DNA of 51,375 bases, from positions 1-51,375 of IMG/VR virus record IMGVR_UViG_3300046719_000018. One strand, 5' to 3'. Below the pieces are notes generated by a model. The model ran no database searches. It had not been told where the DNA came from and saw only the letters and a program-made list of their open reading frames with translations. Both the position numbers and the translations under genes were made by a program. Below are positions 33,363 to 43,621 of this stretch, piece after piece. Position 1 is the stretch's first letter. The number at the start of each line of letters is the position of its first letter. The DNA comes from a virus (taxonomy: Duplodnaviria > Caudoviricetes).

Positions 33363-35377
33363 GACGGATTCACCCTTGGCTTCACCCGGAAGATCCCTTC
33401 GCGGACAACCGTACTGGTCAGACCACCAACGACCTTGACGATCCCGAAGCGGTAGTCGTGCGGGTCGAGCAGGCCTGTCGCGGTCGAGTTGATCGGGAAG
33501 TGCGCCGCTTCGTCGCCATCCACAGTCCCGATGACGGAAAGGACGGTCTTGTTACCGTGGCTGATGTAGAGGTGTATCACGGAGCCGGTGAAGCCCGTGC
33601 CGGTCACGGTGAGCTGGGTCGGGTAGCTGTCGCCCTGGTTCACCTCCATGAGCCCGCCATCGGGACTCGTCGGCGACACCACCTGAATCTTGTTTCGTCC
33701 AAGGTGGCCGAGGATGTAGCCAGCCTCGCCAGCCGCGTAGCTCCCCGGTACCGGCGTCGAAAGCGGATCGCCAGCAGCGCCGGCAGCGTTGAGCTTCTCG
33801 CCAGTAGAGCCCGCGTCCAAGTGGCCAGCAATCAACTCGTCCCAGACGCCATCGACAATCTGCTGAACGGTCGGAGCCGATCCACCGCTGGCGTTATCTA
33901 CGATTTCCTTGACCACGGAGCCCGCCACCGCACTCGCGTAGGTGGTGGTCGAGTCGGTGTCGAAGAAGTCCTTCAGGGCTGGAGCGGTCAGACCGCCAAT
34001 GGTCCCCGTGACGTTCCCGCCAACGTTTCCGGTCACGCTTCCGACGGCGCCAACAACGCTCGCGACGGTCCCTACTACGTTGCCACCGACGTTCCCGGTA
34101 ACAGAGCCAACCGAGCCAGACACGCTCCCGGTAAGGTTTCCAGTGATAGCGCCGCGGATATCAACGCCGCCGGTGCCAGCTTCTGCGCGGATACCGTCTG
34201 ATGTTCCGCTAGTCCCGCCACGAACGTAAAGACCGTGAGCGCTCGCACCAACTGCTAGCACGCTAATCCCATTCCCATCAGTCGTGCTAATAGACACGCC
34301 TGGACCGCCGCCAGAACTGCCAGCAATTTCTAGCCCAACGCCACCAGAATTGCCAGCGTGGATGTCCATCCCTGCTCCTGCCCCGTTACCAAGAATCTGT
34401 AGACCACTTCCGCCGCCACCAGTAGATTGCAACTTGAGCGCGGCGCCGCTTCCGGTAATCACAACGGGCGCGTTCGTACCAGCGATGAACAATCCACCAG
34501 TCGCACCAGCAACCGCATCAGGGATACTGTTGAGCGTTCCGGTCGGACTCGACACGTTGAAGAACTTCTTGAACCCACCAGCCAGCAGCCCAGCGGTCTC
34601 AGTAAGGGCTGTGGTGAGGATTTCGACAAGGCTCGCTTTCATATTGCCGTTACTCGTAAGAGCAGCAGGGAGCCGAGATTGGATGTCATCAAGATCGGAA
34701 TGAACGGTTGCCGGAGTCAGCCCAGTTACTGCTGAAGTAACGGTCACCAGCGGGATGACGTTGTTCGTCCCCGCGTAGCCGGTGCCGTCGAAGAACGCTT
34801 CCGCGTTGTCCGCAGCAGTTGCGTCAGTGGAAAGCTGGACAACGTTGACACCAACCTGCGCCGTGGTCGTACTGACGGCGGCGCCTGCGATGTCAACGGT
34901 GTCCGACTTGACCAGAGCACTCGCGCCGGTTCCGGTGTAGTTGACCGGCTGCGTCGTTCCGACGTTGGCGCTCACGGTGGTTACGCTGGTGGTGGCGACG
35001 CCGTTGACGGCAAGAGCGTCCGCCTTGATGTTCCCGGCTCCGGTCAAGGCAGCGGGGATACGCGCCTGAATATCGGCGATTCCGGTCGCGTTGTCCACGG
35101 TCTGCGGGAAGGACGTATAGACCTGGACCGTGCTGGTGATGGCCCCGGTGCCTTCGTAGGTGAACGCGATGTGGTTGTAGTTGGTCTCCGCCTGCGCCGG
35201 AAGGTAGGAGTGCAGCCCCTTCCCTTCGTGCGTGCAGATACCGGAGCCGACCGAGCCGATAGTCTGCGTCCCACCGTCGCCGGTGATGTAGACCGTCACG
35301 GTCCCGGTGAAGTTGGTTCCGTCAGCGGCGGTGGTCATCTGGACAGCGGCAACCTGGCTCGCTACGTTCTTCTTCAC
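33359..35377 (-). CDS. Gly/Thr-rich tail fibre/spike-like protein
   Basis: GSVTGNVGGNV repeats; beta-rich; GTGA-coupled start at 35377. Confidence 0.6.
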   Translation of the reverse strand: MKKNVASQVAAVQMTTAADGTNFTGTVTVYITGDGGTQTIGSVGSGICTHEGKGLHSYLPAQAETNYNHIAFTYEGTGAITSTVQVYTSFPQTVDNATGIADIQARIPAALTGAGNIKADALAVNGVATTSVTTVSANVGTTQPVNYTGTGASALVKSDTVDIAGAAVSTTTAQVGVNVVQLSTDATAADNAEAFFDGTGYAGTNNVIPLVTVTSAVTGLTPATVHSDLDDIQSRLPAALTSNGNMKASLVEILTTALTETAGLLAGGFKKFFNVSSPTGTLNSIPDAVAGATGGLFIAGTNAPVVITGSGAALKLQSTGGGGSGLQILGNGAGAGMDIHAGNSGGVGLEIAGSSGGGPGVSISTTDGNGISVLAVGASAHGLYVRGGTSGTSDGIRAEAGTGGVDIRGAITGNLTGSVSGSVGSVTGNVGGNVVGTVASVVGAVGSVTGNVGGNVTGTIGGLTAPALKDFFDTDSTTTYASAVAGSVVKEIVDNASGGSAPTVQQIVDGVWDELIAGHLDAGSTGEKLNAAGAAGDPLSTPVPGSYAAGEAGYILGHLGRNKIQVVSPTSPDGGLMEVNQGDSYPTQLTVTGTGFTGSVIHLYISHGNKTVLSVIGTVDGDEAAHFPINSTATGLLDPHDYRFGIVKVVGGLTSTVVREGIFRVKPRVNPS

Positions 35378-36150
35378 GCTGCCCTCCCGGGCATCCACAA
35401 CTTATTCGCACCGCGAGCCCATGCCGCTTGGAAACTGCCAGCCGCAGGCGCGTACAGGCCGGTAGACATGTCGTGTCCGAACCACGGACGGAGCGGCGGG
35501 TCATCCGACACCGAGCAGCCGCTCACGGTCCCGGTGCAGCCGTTGCCGCTCCAGTCTGGAACGTTGGTCGTACCATTTGAACCGAGCTTGTGAAACAGCT
35601 TGGTTCCAGCCATATTGTGAGGATTGAATTGCCACAATTGAATCTCGGCCAGCGTCAACTCAACATTGAGATACGCGAAGTCCGAAATCCTCCCTTGCCA
35701 AGCCGTGCTTCCGCCGACCAGGTTGCCGATCCCGAGCGCTCCGCCAGCGTCAGAGACAAGAGCCCCGGTCCCGACGGTCTGCGTCCCGTAGGAGACTTCG
35801 GCCATGTTGGTGCCGAGCGTCCCGTAGTAGATGCGATTTCCCGAGCCGGCCGAGTGCGTGAAGGCGAAGCAGTGCCAGGTGTTGAGCGCGAAGTTTTGGC
35901 CGGTGGAGATGGAGAGGTCGTTTGTTGTCGCTCGGAATGTGACGAAGCGAAGCTCGTTTGTATCGAGCGCATTCCAGACCGCCTGGTTGGCCTGACCCCC
36001 GACGTTGCTGTTCTTGCGCCACAGCCTCCGGTCTCCGGTCTGGGTGGTCGGGTAGGTCCAAGTGAGATACGTGTAGGCGGTGTGGCTGTCGAGGTCGGTA
36101 TCGGTTACCGATACGACATCGGTAGTCGCGCCGCCGAAGGTCAGGGCCAT
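35374..36150 (-). CDS. LamG/concanavalin A-like lectin-domain protein
   Basis: TWTYP, NTWHCFAFT, WQGRISDFAY..LTLAEI, DWSGNG. Confidence 0.8.
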   Translation of the reverse strand: MALTFGGATTDVVSVTDTDLDSHTAYTYLTWTYPTTQTGDRRLWRKNSNVGGQANQAVWNALDTNELRFVTFRATTNDLSISTGQNFALNTWHCFAFTHSAGSGNRIYYGTLGTNMAEVSYGTQTVGTGALVSDAGGALGIGNLVGGSTAWQGRISDFAYLNVELTLAEIQLWQFNPHNMAGTKLFHKLGSNGTTNVPDWSGNGCTGTVSGCSVSDDPPLRPWFGHDMSTGLYAPAAGSFQAAWARGANKLWMPGRAA

Positions 36151-36153
36151 CGT

Positions 36154-36666
36154 TCAGTCCACGTAGGAGAAGTAGCAGAGGCTCGGGAAGATGTAGAGCC
36201 CAGCAGCCAGCGTATCGGCAGCCTGCGCGCCATCGCGACCCATGAGGAAAAACACGGAGTCTCCGGCCGAGAAGTTGCCGGCAGTGGCCGCAAGCTCCTG
36301 GATGTCGGCGAGCCGCGCTGTGCCTGGAACGGTAATCAGCCCGGTGATGGACTCCTCGTGCGTGGTCGGATCTACGCTGTCGTTGTCAACGATGGTTCGG
36401 TAGTCCACGTCGTACTGCCAGTCGCCAGTTGTCGCGGTTGTCGCCACGAAGATTCCGAACTTCGGCGTACCAGCGTAATTCTGCGGGACCTTGAATGCGC
36501 CACCGAGCGTGACCTTGGTGCCGCTGTCGGCAGCCTTGAACACGAGGCCTTGGTACAGGTCATTGGCGAGCAGGTTGACAGCGGACGGCTCGGGCGTGAT
36601 GTTCCCGGACGTGTCCGGCAGAGTACTGGCGCCGAAGATCGGGATGCGGAACGTTGTGCCGGCCAT
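36154..36666 (-). CDS. Putative structural beta-sandwich protein
   Basis: 170 aa in the tail module. Confidence 0.55.
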   Translation of the reverse strand: MAGTTFRIPIFGASTLPDTSGNITPEPSAVNLLANDLYQGLVFKAADSGTKVTLGGAFKVPQNYAGTPKFGIFVATTATTGDWQYDVDYRTIVDNDSVDPTTHEESITGLITVPGTARLADIQELAATAGNFSAGDSVFFLMGRDGAQAADTLAAGLYIFPSLCYFSYVD

Positions 36667-36668
36667 CG

Positions 36669-36914
36669 TCAGTCGATCCTGAAACGGAAGGCAAAGTAGA
36701 CCTTGCCGAGCTTCTTCTTCTGGTTGTTGGTGAACACGCCGGGGGCTGCCGTCTCGATGGCGCTGCCGAACCCGGCCTTGGCGGTGTTCTGGTAGTAGTC
36801 CTCAAGCGCCTGGAAGGCAGCGTTCACTTGCGCCTTCGTATGCGAGTGCGGAGTCCGTTCAGGCTCGGACTCGTTGCGCATCGCGCGCAACTCTTCTGCG
36901 GTGAGTGCAGCCAT
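36669..36914 (-). CDS. Hypothetical protein
   Basis: AGGAGG RBS, 81 aa. Confidence 0.6.
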   Translation of the reverse strand: MAALTAEELRAMRNESEPERTPHSHTKAQVNAAFQALEDYYQNTAKAGFGSAIETAAPGVFTNNQKKKLGKVYFAFRFRID

Positions 36915-36922
36915 CGTTCCTC

Positions 36923-37822
36923 CTACGGTCCTACGAGAGTCGCTGTCGCGCCATTCCCGATGTAGAGCTTGTTGTCGTCAGAGTCCCAGCACGGATAACC
37001 CTCGGTGACCACGCCGCTGCAATCGGAGGCGGTGACGAGCTTGATTGCCGGCCCACCCTCGGCGTTGCTGTCGGCGTAGTTGCCAACCGTGTTGCTGCCA
37101 AGCGTGGGCTGACTCCATCCAGCGAGCCCCGCTCCAACCATGAGGGTGTCGCCGTTCGACCCGACCGGAACCTTGCTCCACTGGTTCGATCCGTTGGCGG
37201 CAATGAGGTCGCCGGCTACCGGATCGTTCGGCAGAGCGTCGTCATGGTCGAGTAGGCCGTGCGGGACGAGTTGCGCTGGCTGCGCGCTCACGTAGCCGCT
37301 GTACTCCATCGTGAGCACGTAGTCCGTCTGGCCGGCGCCAGGCAGGAACACGAACTCGTCATTGAGCCAGAGCGGCCCCTCGATCTGCATGGCGAACCCG
37401 GTGGTCGGGTTGTTCAGCCCGACACCGATGGGCTTGCCGAAGTCGCTGTTCCAGACGTTCGTTGCGTCCTCGGTCCATATACCGCTTCCGGCACCGCTCG
37501 GTCCGGACGGGCCTGTAGCGCCGGTAGCCCCACCCGCCCCCGTGGCTCCAGTAGCCCCGGCCGCACCAGCAGACCCGCCCGCGCCCGTAGGCCCGGATGG
37601 GCCTGTGGCGCCCGTAGTGCCCGTCCCGGTGGCCCCGGTGGCTCCGGTAGGCCCGGGGTTCGTCCGCCACTCGCCCTTGCCCGTAGCGGCGTTGTAGGTC
37701 AGCGCCTGGCCGTCGATGGTGCCGAAGCCGATTGACGATGGCGGCATCAGGGTCGAAGCACCGAGCATCGCGAATGATAGGCCTGCTCCGACCGCCAGGA
37801 CGTACCCGAGATACTTCTTCAT
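36923..37822 (-). CDS. Collagen-like (G-X-T/S) protein with N-terminal signal-like sequence
   Basis: [10 protein letters not shown]...GPSGPSG; [20 protein letters not shown]. Confidence 0.75.
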   Translation of the reverse strand: MKKYLGYVLAVGAGLSFAMLGASTLMPPSSIGFGTIDGQALTYNAATGKGEWRTNPGPTGATGATGTGTTGATGPSGPTGAGGSAGAAGATGATGAGGATGATGPSGPSGAGSGIWTEDATNVWNSDFGKPIGVGLNNPTTGFAMQIEGPLWLNDEFVFLPGAGQTDYVLTMEYSGYVSAQPAQLVPHGLLDHDDALPNDPVAGDLIAANGSNQWSKVPVGSNGDTLMVGAGLAGWSQPTLGSNTVGNYADSNAEGGPAIKLVTASDCSGVVTEGYPCWDSDDNKLYIGNGATATLVGP

Positions 37823-38439
37823 ACCTTCACCGCCGAGAGCGCCAAGAGCACCTCCCCTGCCGGTGGGCTACCGCCGAACGCTGGCACCGGCTCGCCCAGG
37901 TCGAACTTGAACGTCTTGTTGTCGGGCTGGAGCGTCCAATCGTTTCCGTTTGTGGTTGCCCGCCCGCCCTTCAGCACCACCAGCCAATCCACCTCGCGCG
38001 CGACCGAGAACGTGTCATTCACGCCGTTGACCGTTCCCGACGGTACCTCGAGCACGATCCCGTGGCTCGGGATGATGTTGAAGGTCGTGCCTACCTGCTC
38101 CACCATCCCGGCAAGCCGCAGAGCTCCGTTCACCGGAGGACCGTTCGCCCGCAGCGAGGTGACTCCAGACGCCGTTACGACCGTGGTCAGGTCAGACGCG
38201 GCAACGATCCCGCCCTTGAGCTCAGCGTCCATGAGCTGCTTCGTGATGGTCTGCAATCTGTCGTTGAGCAGGAACACCTCGCGCTCGGTTTCCCCGAATG
38301 CGAGCTCGAGCTTGTACAGCTCCTCCCGGTCGAGATCATCGAACACCGACGTAGCGAGGATGGCTCGGAGCGCCCGGATCAGGTCGATGGTGACCGGAGT
38401 CGGTGGGCTGTTGGCGAGAGTGACGGAATCGTTCGCCAT
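37819..38439 (-). CDS. Putative tail-associated protein
   Basis: [14 protein letters not shown] motif; position. Confidence 0.55.
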   Translation of the reverse strand: MANDSVTLANSPPTPVTIDLIRALRAILATSVFDDLDREELYKLELAFGETEREVFLLNDRLQTITKQLMDAELKGGIVAASDLTTVVTASGVTSLRANGPPVNGALRLAGMVEQVGTTFNIIPSHGIVLEVPSGTVNGVNDTFSVAREVDWLVVLKGGRATTNGNDWTLQPDNKTFKFDLGEPVPAFGGSPPAGEVLLALSAVKV

Positions 38440-40490
38440 CAGGCCACCCGCACCGCTTCAGGCTTCGCTCCGACAACGTAGTGCGAGATCTTCGGCCGAC
38501 CGTTCTGAACCGAATGCACCCATTCGATCCGGAACCGGCGAGCAGCGCCAGACTTGCACCGATGCCGACCCGCCTGCGTTATCTTCACCCCGGCCGGCAA
38601 CTGATACGCCTTCGAGTCGAACGGAACCGCCTCGCCGTCCCGGTACACGTTCACGGTGACAAGGCCTTCATCCTGGAGGTCAGGACAGGACTCCCATTCC
38701 CAAAGCACCTCCTCGGGAATCACCGAGGTGATGCCGTCGCCGAACCACGGAGTCGAGAACCGCCATTCGTAGTCGTAGCCGTTCGCCGTGTAGATGTCAG
38801 TTCCGGACCAGACGAGATGCCCGGCGCTGTTCACCTCGGCCTCGATCGAGCGCCGAAGCCGGAAGCAGCGGCCGGTGGTATCACCCGTGTAAACGGCGAA
38901 GGTTCCATCGCCGTCCTCGCCGAGCCACGCGCAGCGGTCCCGCACGCCCGAAGCGTCCACATCCGGATCCCCGGGCAGAGAGTAGGTCCACGCCCCGCGC
39001 TGGTAGTCGTAGACGAGGTGATGGGTCAGCCCATCGTCCGGATCGCGCACGAGCCACGTCACGATCGGCTTCTTCGCCTGCCGGTTGTGGATCCCTGCGG
39101 CGTCGAGAAACGCGCCGCTGGTAGCCAGCCGCTCGTACAGCTCCGAGATCTGCTCCGAGATGATGCGGGGCGACTGGCCCAGAAACTCCACGGCGCCCTT
39201 CGTCGAGAGCCAGTAGGCGCGCGTTCCCTGAGCCACCACGATGCTGTGGTGGGAGACGCACCCGAAGTCGTCGGTCAGGCGCACCTTCGAGAAGCCGTTG
39301 CTGCCGGTCTCTGTCAGCATGTAGATGCCGCGGTTGCGCTTGAGCAGGTAGATGTGGCCCAGGATGCAGAACCCGCCCCTGAGCTCGTCGCTGTCGTCGG
39401 GCGCCACGTCCTCCTGCTGTTCTGGGGGGAACGCCCAGGGGTTGCCCTTCTTGCTCCAGTAGTACGTGTTGGGGTTGTCCGGGTCGCCGAACACCACCAC
39501 GTAGTTGCCACTCGGGCTGATGAGCACGTACCGGCCACGCGGGATCATCGCGTTGTCGTCCGGAGCCGGCCGCGTCTCGTCCAGCTCGTCGTCGCCCTTG
39601 TACAGCCAGACGAGATGCTCCCAGATGTCGAAGTTGGAGACGCCCTCGATCTCCTCTTCCAGAAACCACTCGGTAGGGTCCAGCCCGGGAATGATGGCGC
39701 CGGGGGAGCCGTAGATCCGGAGCGTGCTCCAGTTCGGCTCCCAGTTGTCGTTCGGCGGGATGATCAGAGCGACTGATGACGTGTCCGCCGGACTGGTGAC
39801 CACCGTATCCGCCGGCTCAGACACCTCAGACGAGTTGCTCTCGCGCCCAACCTCGGGGTCATAGAACGTGTACTTGAACGTGTACCTTCGGACGTTAAGT
39901 TTCGAGCCAGAATCGTTAACCCCCTCGACGTTGGCGCCAGCAAGGACGCCGAACGGGGAACCCCAGGGGCCGATCTGGGGTCCGTCCTCGTCGGTAGGGT
40001 CGAACATCGAGCGGATCTCTCCGCCATCCGCATAGTGGATTCGGTGGGCCCACTGAATGAACGTCCCGAGGTTCACCCCCGAGCCGATGATGTCGGACTC
40101 GATCGCGTCCTCGAGCCCCGAGATGGCGCCTACCCAGACCCAATCGTCCGGGTCCGTGCTCTCGACAGGAGGCGATCCGGTAGTGGTCCGGAGCCGGTAC
40201 AGGTAGATGCCGTTGACCCTGTACATGGTCTTGCGACCGCCCACCTCGCCGTACTGCCAACCGGCGTGGCAGGAAGCGAGGCCAGGCGGAGACGTGTCAA
40301 CGATCTGGTTACCGAGCTGCGTTCGACCCTGCCCCTTCTCGATGCAGTTGTTGTCGAAGCACACGTTGTCAGCGACCGTGGCTCCCTCGTTCGGAATACC
40401 AGCCACAGAGCCGTTGTCGTGGAGTCCCGCCAACGGGCGGTCGATCTCCAGGGAGACAGGATCCTTGTAGTGCGGCGTCTTTTTCGGCAT
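38439..40490 (-). CDS. Tail nozzle / tail tubular protein B-like (P22 gp10 analogue)
   Basis: 683 aa beta-rich; YYWSK.GNP.AFP, GCVSHHSIV, YWLS.KG, VYDY..GAW. Confidence 0.7.
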   Translation of the reverse strand: MPKKTPHYKDPVSLEIDRPLAGLHDNGSVAGIPNEGATVADNVCFDNNCIEKGQGRTQLGNQIVDTSPPGLASCHAGWQYGEVGGRKTMYRVNGIYLYRLRTTTGSPPVESTDPDDWVWVGAISGLEDAIESDIIGSGVNLGTFIQWAHRIHYADGGEIRSMFDPTDEDGPQIGPWGSPFGVLAGANVEGVNDSGSKLNVRRYTFKYTFYDPEVGRESNSSEVSEPADTVVTSPADTSSVALIIPPNDNWEPNWSTLRIYGSPGAIIPGLDPTEWFLEEEIEGVSNFDIWEHLVWLYKGDDELDETRPAPDDNAMIPRGRYVLISPSGNYVVVFGDPDNPNTYYWSKKGNPWAFPPEQQEDVAPDDSDELRGGFCILGHIYLLKRNRGIYMLTETGSNGFSKVRLTDDFGCVSHHSIVVAQGTRAYWLSTKGAVEFLGQSPRIISEQISELYERLATSGAFLDAAGIHNRQAKKPIVTWLVRDPDDGLTHHLVYDYQRGAWTYSLPGDPDVDASGVRDRCAWLGEDGDGTFAVYTGDTTGRCFRLRRSIEAEVNSAGHLVWSGTDIYTANGYDYEWRFSTPWFGDGITSVIPEEVLWEWESCPDLQDEGLVTVNVYRDGEAVPFDSKAYQLPAGVKITQAGRHRCKSGAARRFRIEWVHSVQNGRPKISHYVVGAKPEAVRVA

Positions 40491-41116
40491 TACCAGTCGG
40501 ACGGCACAGGAAGCGTCACGGGGGGCAGTTTGAACAGGCGGCGAAGGAAGATCGCGTACTGGTAGCGCAGAACGTTGTTGTTGACGCCGTAGAGCCCTCC
40601 ACCGATCCCAGCGGTGATGCCGAGCGCTACGAAGGTCTCCACGTACCGGAACTTGGGATGCGTCACCGGCACGTCCGAGAACTGGGCTGTGGTCGGATTG
40701 GCGAGCTCATAGTCGAACAGCGGGATCGCCGCTCGCGTCATCCAGACGGCGCACTGTCCGCGGCTGGCAGGCCCGAGCGGGCTCAGCATCCCAACGCCGA
40801 AATCGTCCCGCTCGGGACCGCCCACCACGCCGTACTTGACGACCTTCTGGATATGGGCGAAGAACACCGTTGCGTCGTTCGGCGGCACGTCCTTGACGAG
40901 CTGCGGCAGACGAGCATCCTGCCGTTCGATGTCCGGATCGGTGTAGTTGATCGCGTTGGCGAGCAGCGCGAGCAACTCCTGGTGAGTAAGCGCGTTGTTC
41001 GGGGAGAACAGCCGAGGCGGACCAATCTGGGTACCCGCAATGAGGCCCGCAGCTACGCAAGCCTCAATGTGGGCATAGCCCGGGTCCGCCTCTGCCACAT
41101 CCGCGAACGTCGCCAT
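40490..41116 (-). CDS. S-layer homology (SLH) repeat protein
   Basis: Three repeats F.DV.....I......G...G.....P....T/SR; no signal peptide. Confidence 0.85.
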   Translation of the reverse strand: MATFADVAEADPGYAHIEACVAAGLIAGTQIGPPRLFSPNNALTHQELLALLANAINYTDPDIERQDARLPQLVKDVPPNDATVFFAHIQKVVKYGVVGGPERDDFGVGMLSPLGPASRGQCAVWMTRAAIPLFDYELANPTTAQFSDVPVTHPKFRYVETFVALGITAGIGGGLYGVNNNVLRYQYAIFLRRLFKLPPVTLPVPSDW

Positions 41117-41117
41117 G

Positions 41118-41687
41118 CTAGCTCAGGTTCGCCACGCTCACGCCCGAAGGCGTGGTCTTGTTGAGCCCGCCAGAGGTCAGGTTGCCCGCAGCCGCGCCGA
41201 CACCGATCGCCCGCTGCCGGTCGATCTCCACGAGATCGGACTCCGACTTGAATCCCTTGAACGCGAGCTCGTTGTCGCTGGGCAGCACGCGCCACAGCGG
41301 CTCGACCGAGCACACGTCATCAGGAGCGAGGATCCGCAGCACGGTTCCGCCCTTGCGCATCTGGTTCGTGAGGAAGTTGGCGATGAACAGCGGCAGCTCC
41401 CAGACTGACCCGGGCGCGCCCTTCTTCGCGAAGGGGAAGTCGATGCCGTTCCACCGGGGCGCGTTCTGACAGGTCTTGGCGCGCTGGTAGGCGACGTTGA
41501 ACTCCTCCTCGATCGCGGAGAGCGGCTCCTGGTGCGTGTTCGGGTCGTAACTCGTCAGGTGGGCGCGCTGTTCGATGCGCCGGGCCTTGCGGAGCGTCGC
41601 CTCGTCGAGGTCGATTGGAGTCGGAAGCGGCCTTTCGGACGTGTTCTCGACCAGCACGCTGTCCACGAAATGTCTCGGATACGCCAT
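41118..41687 (-). CDS. Hypothetical protein (head-tail region)
   Basis: 189 aa, tightly packed. Confidence 0.6.
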   Translation of the reverse strand: MAYPRHFVDSVLVENTSERPLPTPIDLDEATLRKARRIEQRAHLTSYDPNTHQEPLSAIEEEFNVAYQRAKTCQNAPRWNGIDFPFAKKGAPGSVWELPLFIANFLTNQMRKGGTVLRILAPDDVCSVEPLWRVLPSDNELAFKGFKSESDLVEIDRQRAIGVGAAAGNLTSGGLNKTTPSGVSVANLS

Positions 41688-41692
41688 GGTGC

Positions 41693-42334
41693 CTACCTTT
41701 CTGGGGTGTAGAAGTCGATGCCGGCTCGAATCGGGCGCTGGGCATCCCGACCGTCCGGGTACAGGAAGTTGATGAGGCGGCGCTCCTGAAGCGCCATCCA
41801 GGTTTGCGCCTCTTTCGGTGCGACCAGCGCGGCACCGCGCCCGGAGAGCCGCAGCAGGGCCTTCGCCACCGCTGGCTCATGTGTCGATGTCGGGAACGGA
41901 GGTACCCAGTTGTCTGGTGCGTCGTCCGGAATGTTCGGAAGGTGAACGATCCGCAGCCCATCCTCCGCCGACACCGCAGGCGCGAACAGCAAGACAAGAT
42001 CAGTCCCGGCGATGAAGTAGCCGTTCGTGCCCTTCACGGTCGAGTTGTGCCGCTCCCGAGGCGGAATGCGCGTCAGGGGCCGCGCGTTGCTCCCCTGGTC
42101 AAGCCGCTCCACGTACCGCACCTCGCCTACCTGCGACGGAAGCGGGTACATGTTCTTGTCGGCCACGAGGTCAACGAGGTCGGTTGCATCCAGTCGATCG
42201 GAGCCAGCGTCCCGAGCGGTCTCGCGCACTTCTTGCAGCCCCTGAAACAGAGCTTGACGAGCCCGACGCCGGCCGATCGCGTCCCGGTTGCTGATGTACT
42301 CAAACAGCAACCCCTCCATCTCGAGCAGCGTCAT
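41693..42334 (-). CDS. Putative head-tail adaptor / tail tubular A-like protein
   Basis: MTL.E N-terminal helix, Y.LP, P.FP...HE; position. Confidence 0.55.
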   Translation of the reverse strand: MTLLEMEGLLFEYISNRDAIGRRRARQALFQGLQEVRETARDAGSDRLDATDLVDLVADKNMYPLPSQVGEVRYVERLDQGSNARPLTRIPPRERHNSTVKGTNGYFIAGTDLVLLFAPAVSAEDGLRIVHLPNIPDDAPDNWVPPFPTSTHEPAVAKALLRLSGRGAALVAPKEAQTWMALQERRLINFLYPDGRDAQRPIRAGIDFYTPER

Positions 42335-43029
42335 GCGACACCCGGAGCCGGTGGCGGCACCATGACCACAGTTTTGAAGATTCCGAATGCTTCAGCGAAC
42401 AGCGGCGCCGGATCGGTGCGCTGCTTCGCCAACACCTTAGCCGAGGCGTAGGTCACAGGCCCCTCGTTGTAGGGATCCGGAAGATCCACGTAGAGCGTCG
42501 GAGGAGATGCCAAGTAGGTGCGCGAGATGGTGCGGTAGTAGTGCCGCTCGAAGTTGTTCGAGACGTTGTTCTGAGGCCCGTTGCCGCGGCAGTAGATGCG
42601 CAGCCGTGGAGTCTCAGACGCCCGGCCGAGCACCGTCCAGAACGCCTCGCCGTAGTCCGGTTGCAGGTTCGGATACCGGCGGATGTAGGTGTCCTCGCCC
42701 GGATCCTTCCAGACCGCTCGGTACGGCGGAGAGTCGAGGATCATCACGTCGATGAACCGATACACGTCCGCATCAACGGTCTCGTCGTACTCCGCCACGT
42801 CCAGCGTGCCAAGCGTGACGGTGTAGAAGCGCTTGAGGTACGGATGCTGCGCCGCGCGCGCCTTGCCGCTCATGAACGCGGCTTCGATCGCCATCTCGTG
42901 CTGGTGCTGCACGCCCTCGTCATAAGCAACCTGGAGCTCTTCTAGGCTCCAGAAGTCCTCCCCGCCCTCCTCGAGCACGCGATGACGCACTCGCGCCTCG
43001 ATTTCAAGCCATGTCGGAGTCGTCGCCAT
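42331..43029 (-). CDS. Putative second adaptor-like protein
   Basis: VR.RVLE...DFWS.EEL...DEG N-terminus; position. Confidence 0.5.
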   Translation of the reverse strand: MATTPTWLEIEARVRHRVLEEGGEDFWSLEELQVAYDEGVQHQHEMAIEAAFMSGKARAAQHPYLKRFYTVTLGTLDVAEYDETVDADVYRFIDVMILDSPPYRAVWKDPGEDTYIRRYPNLQPDYGEAFWTVLGRASETPRLRIYCRGNGPQNNVSNNFERHYYRTISRTYLASPPTLYVDLPDPYNEGPVTYASAKVLAKQRTDPAPLFAEAFGIFKTVVMVPPPAPGVA

Positions 43030-43036
43030 GCTGCCC

Positions 43037-43621
43037 TCAGTTGGTCGGGATCAGAAGCCCGCTCTCGTGCTGCTGAAACCCCTGCGGAACAACAGCGCGG
43101 CTCGGGTCGGGCCCCTGAATCGCGCTCTCGACTTGCGGCATCAGCATCGCGATGGCATTGAGCCGCGCCTCGCGCTCCTCCTTCTCGCGCTGCTCACGGA
43201 TCTTGGAGAGCACGTTCGCCTCGACATCGAAGCGGACATGGAACGCCTCGCGCACAAGGTTCGCCTCGAACTCCGGACTCACCAGCCGGCACGGGCAGCC
43301 AAGGAGCGGACCGTTCGGCGTCGCCGGATAGATGAGGTCGAACTTCTTGATGAGCCTGCCCTCGAAGTCCTCGGACAGCACGAACCGGCCCTCGTTCAGG
43401 TAGTCGATCGGCACCTTCTCCCAAGTTGCAGGCTCGCCACTCGCTTTACTGAACTGCCGCCACCAGACAACATCTTCCGTGTCGATCCCGCGCTCGTAAT
43501 GCTTCCCGAACACGGGCAGCAAGGACTCAAGGTTGTCCCACGGCTCCCAGGTGATCCGGACGCGGCTCAAGACGGACTGGAGCTCCGCCAAGAGCCACGC
43601 CGGGAAGATCGGAATGCTCAT
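43037..43621 (-). CDS. Hypothetical protein
   Basis: 194 aa, coupled. Confidence 0.6.
   Translation of the reverse strand: MSIPIFPAWLLAELQSVLSRVRITWEPWDNLESLLPVFGKHYERGIDTEDVVWWRQFSKASGEPATWEKVPIDYLNEGRFVLSEDFEGRLIKKFDLIYPATPNGPLLGCPCRLVSPEFEANLVREAFHVRFDVEANVLSKIREQREKEEREARLNAIAMLMPQVESAIQGPDPSRAVVPQGFQQHESGLLIPTN

Noticed and set aside
33359-37822. Diversity-generating retroelement or invertible tail-fibre cassette
   Set aside because: No reverse transcriptase, no TR/VR pair and no flanking inverted repeats seen
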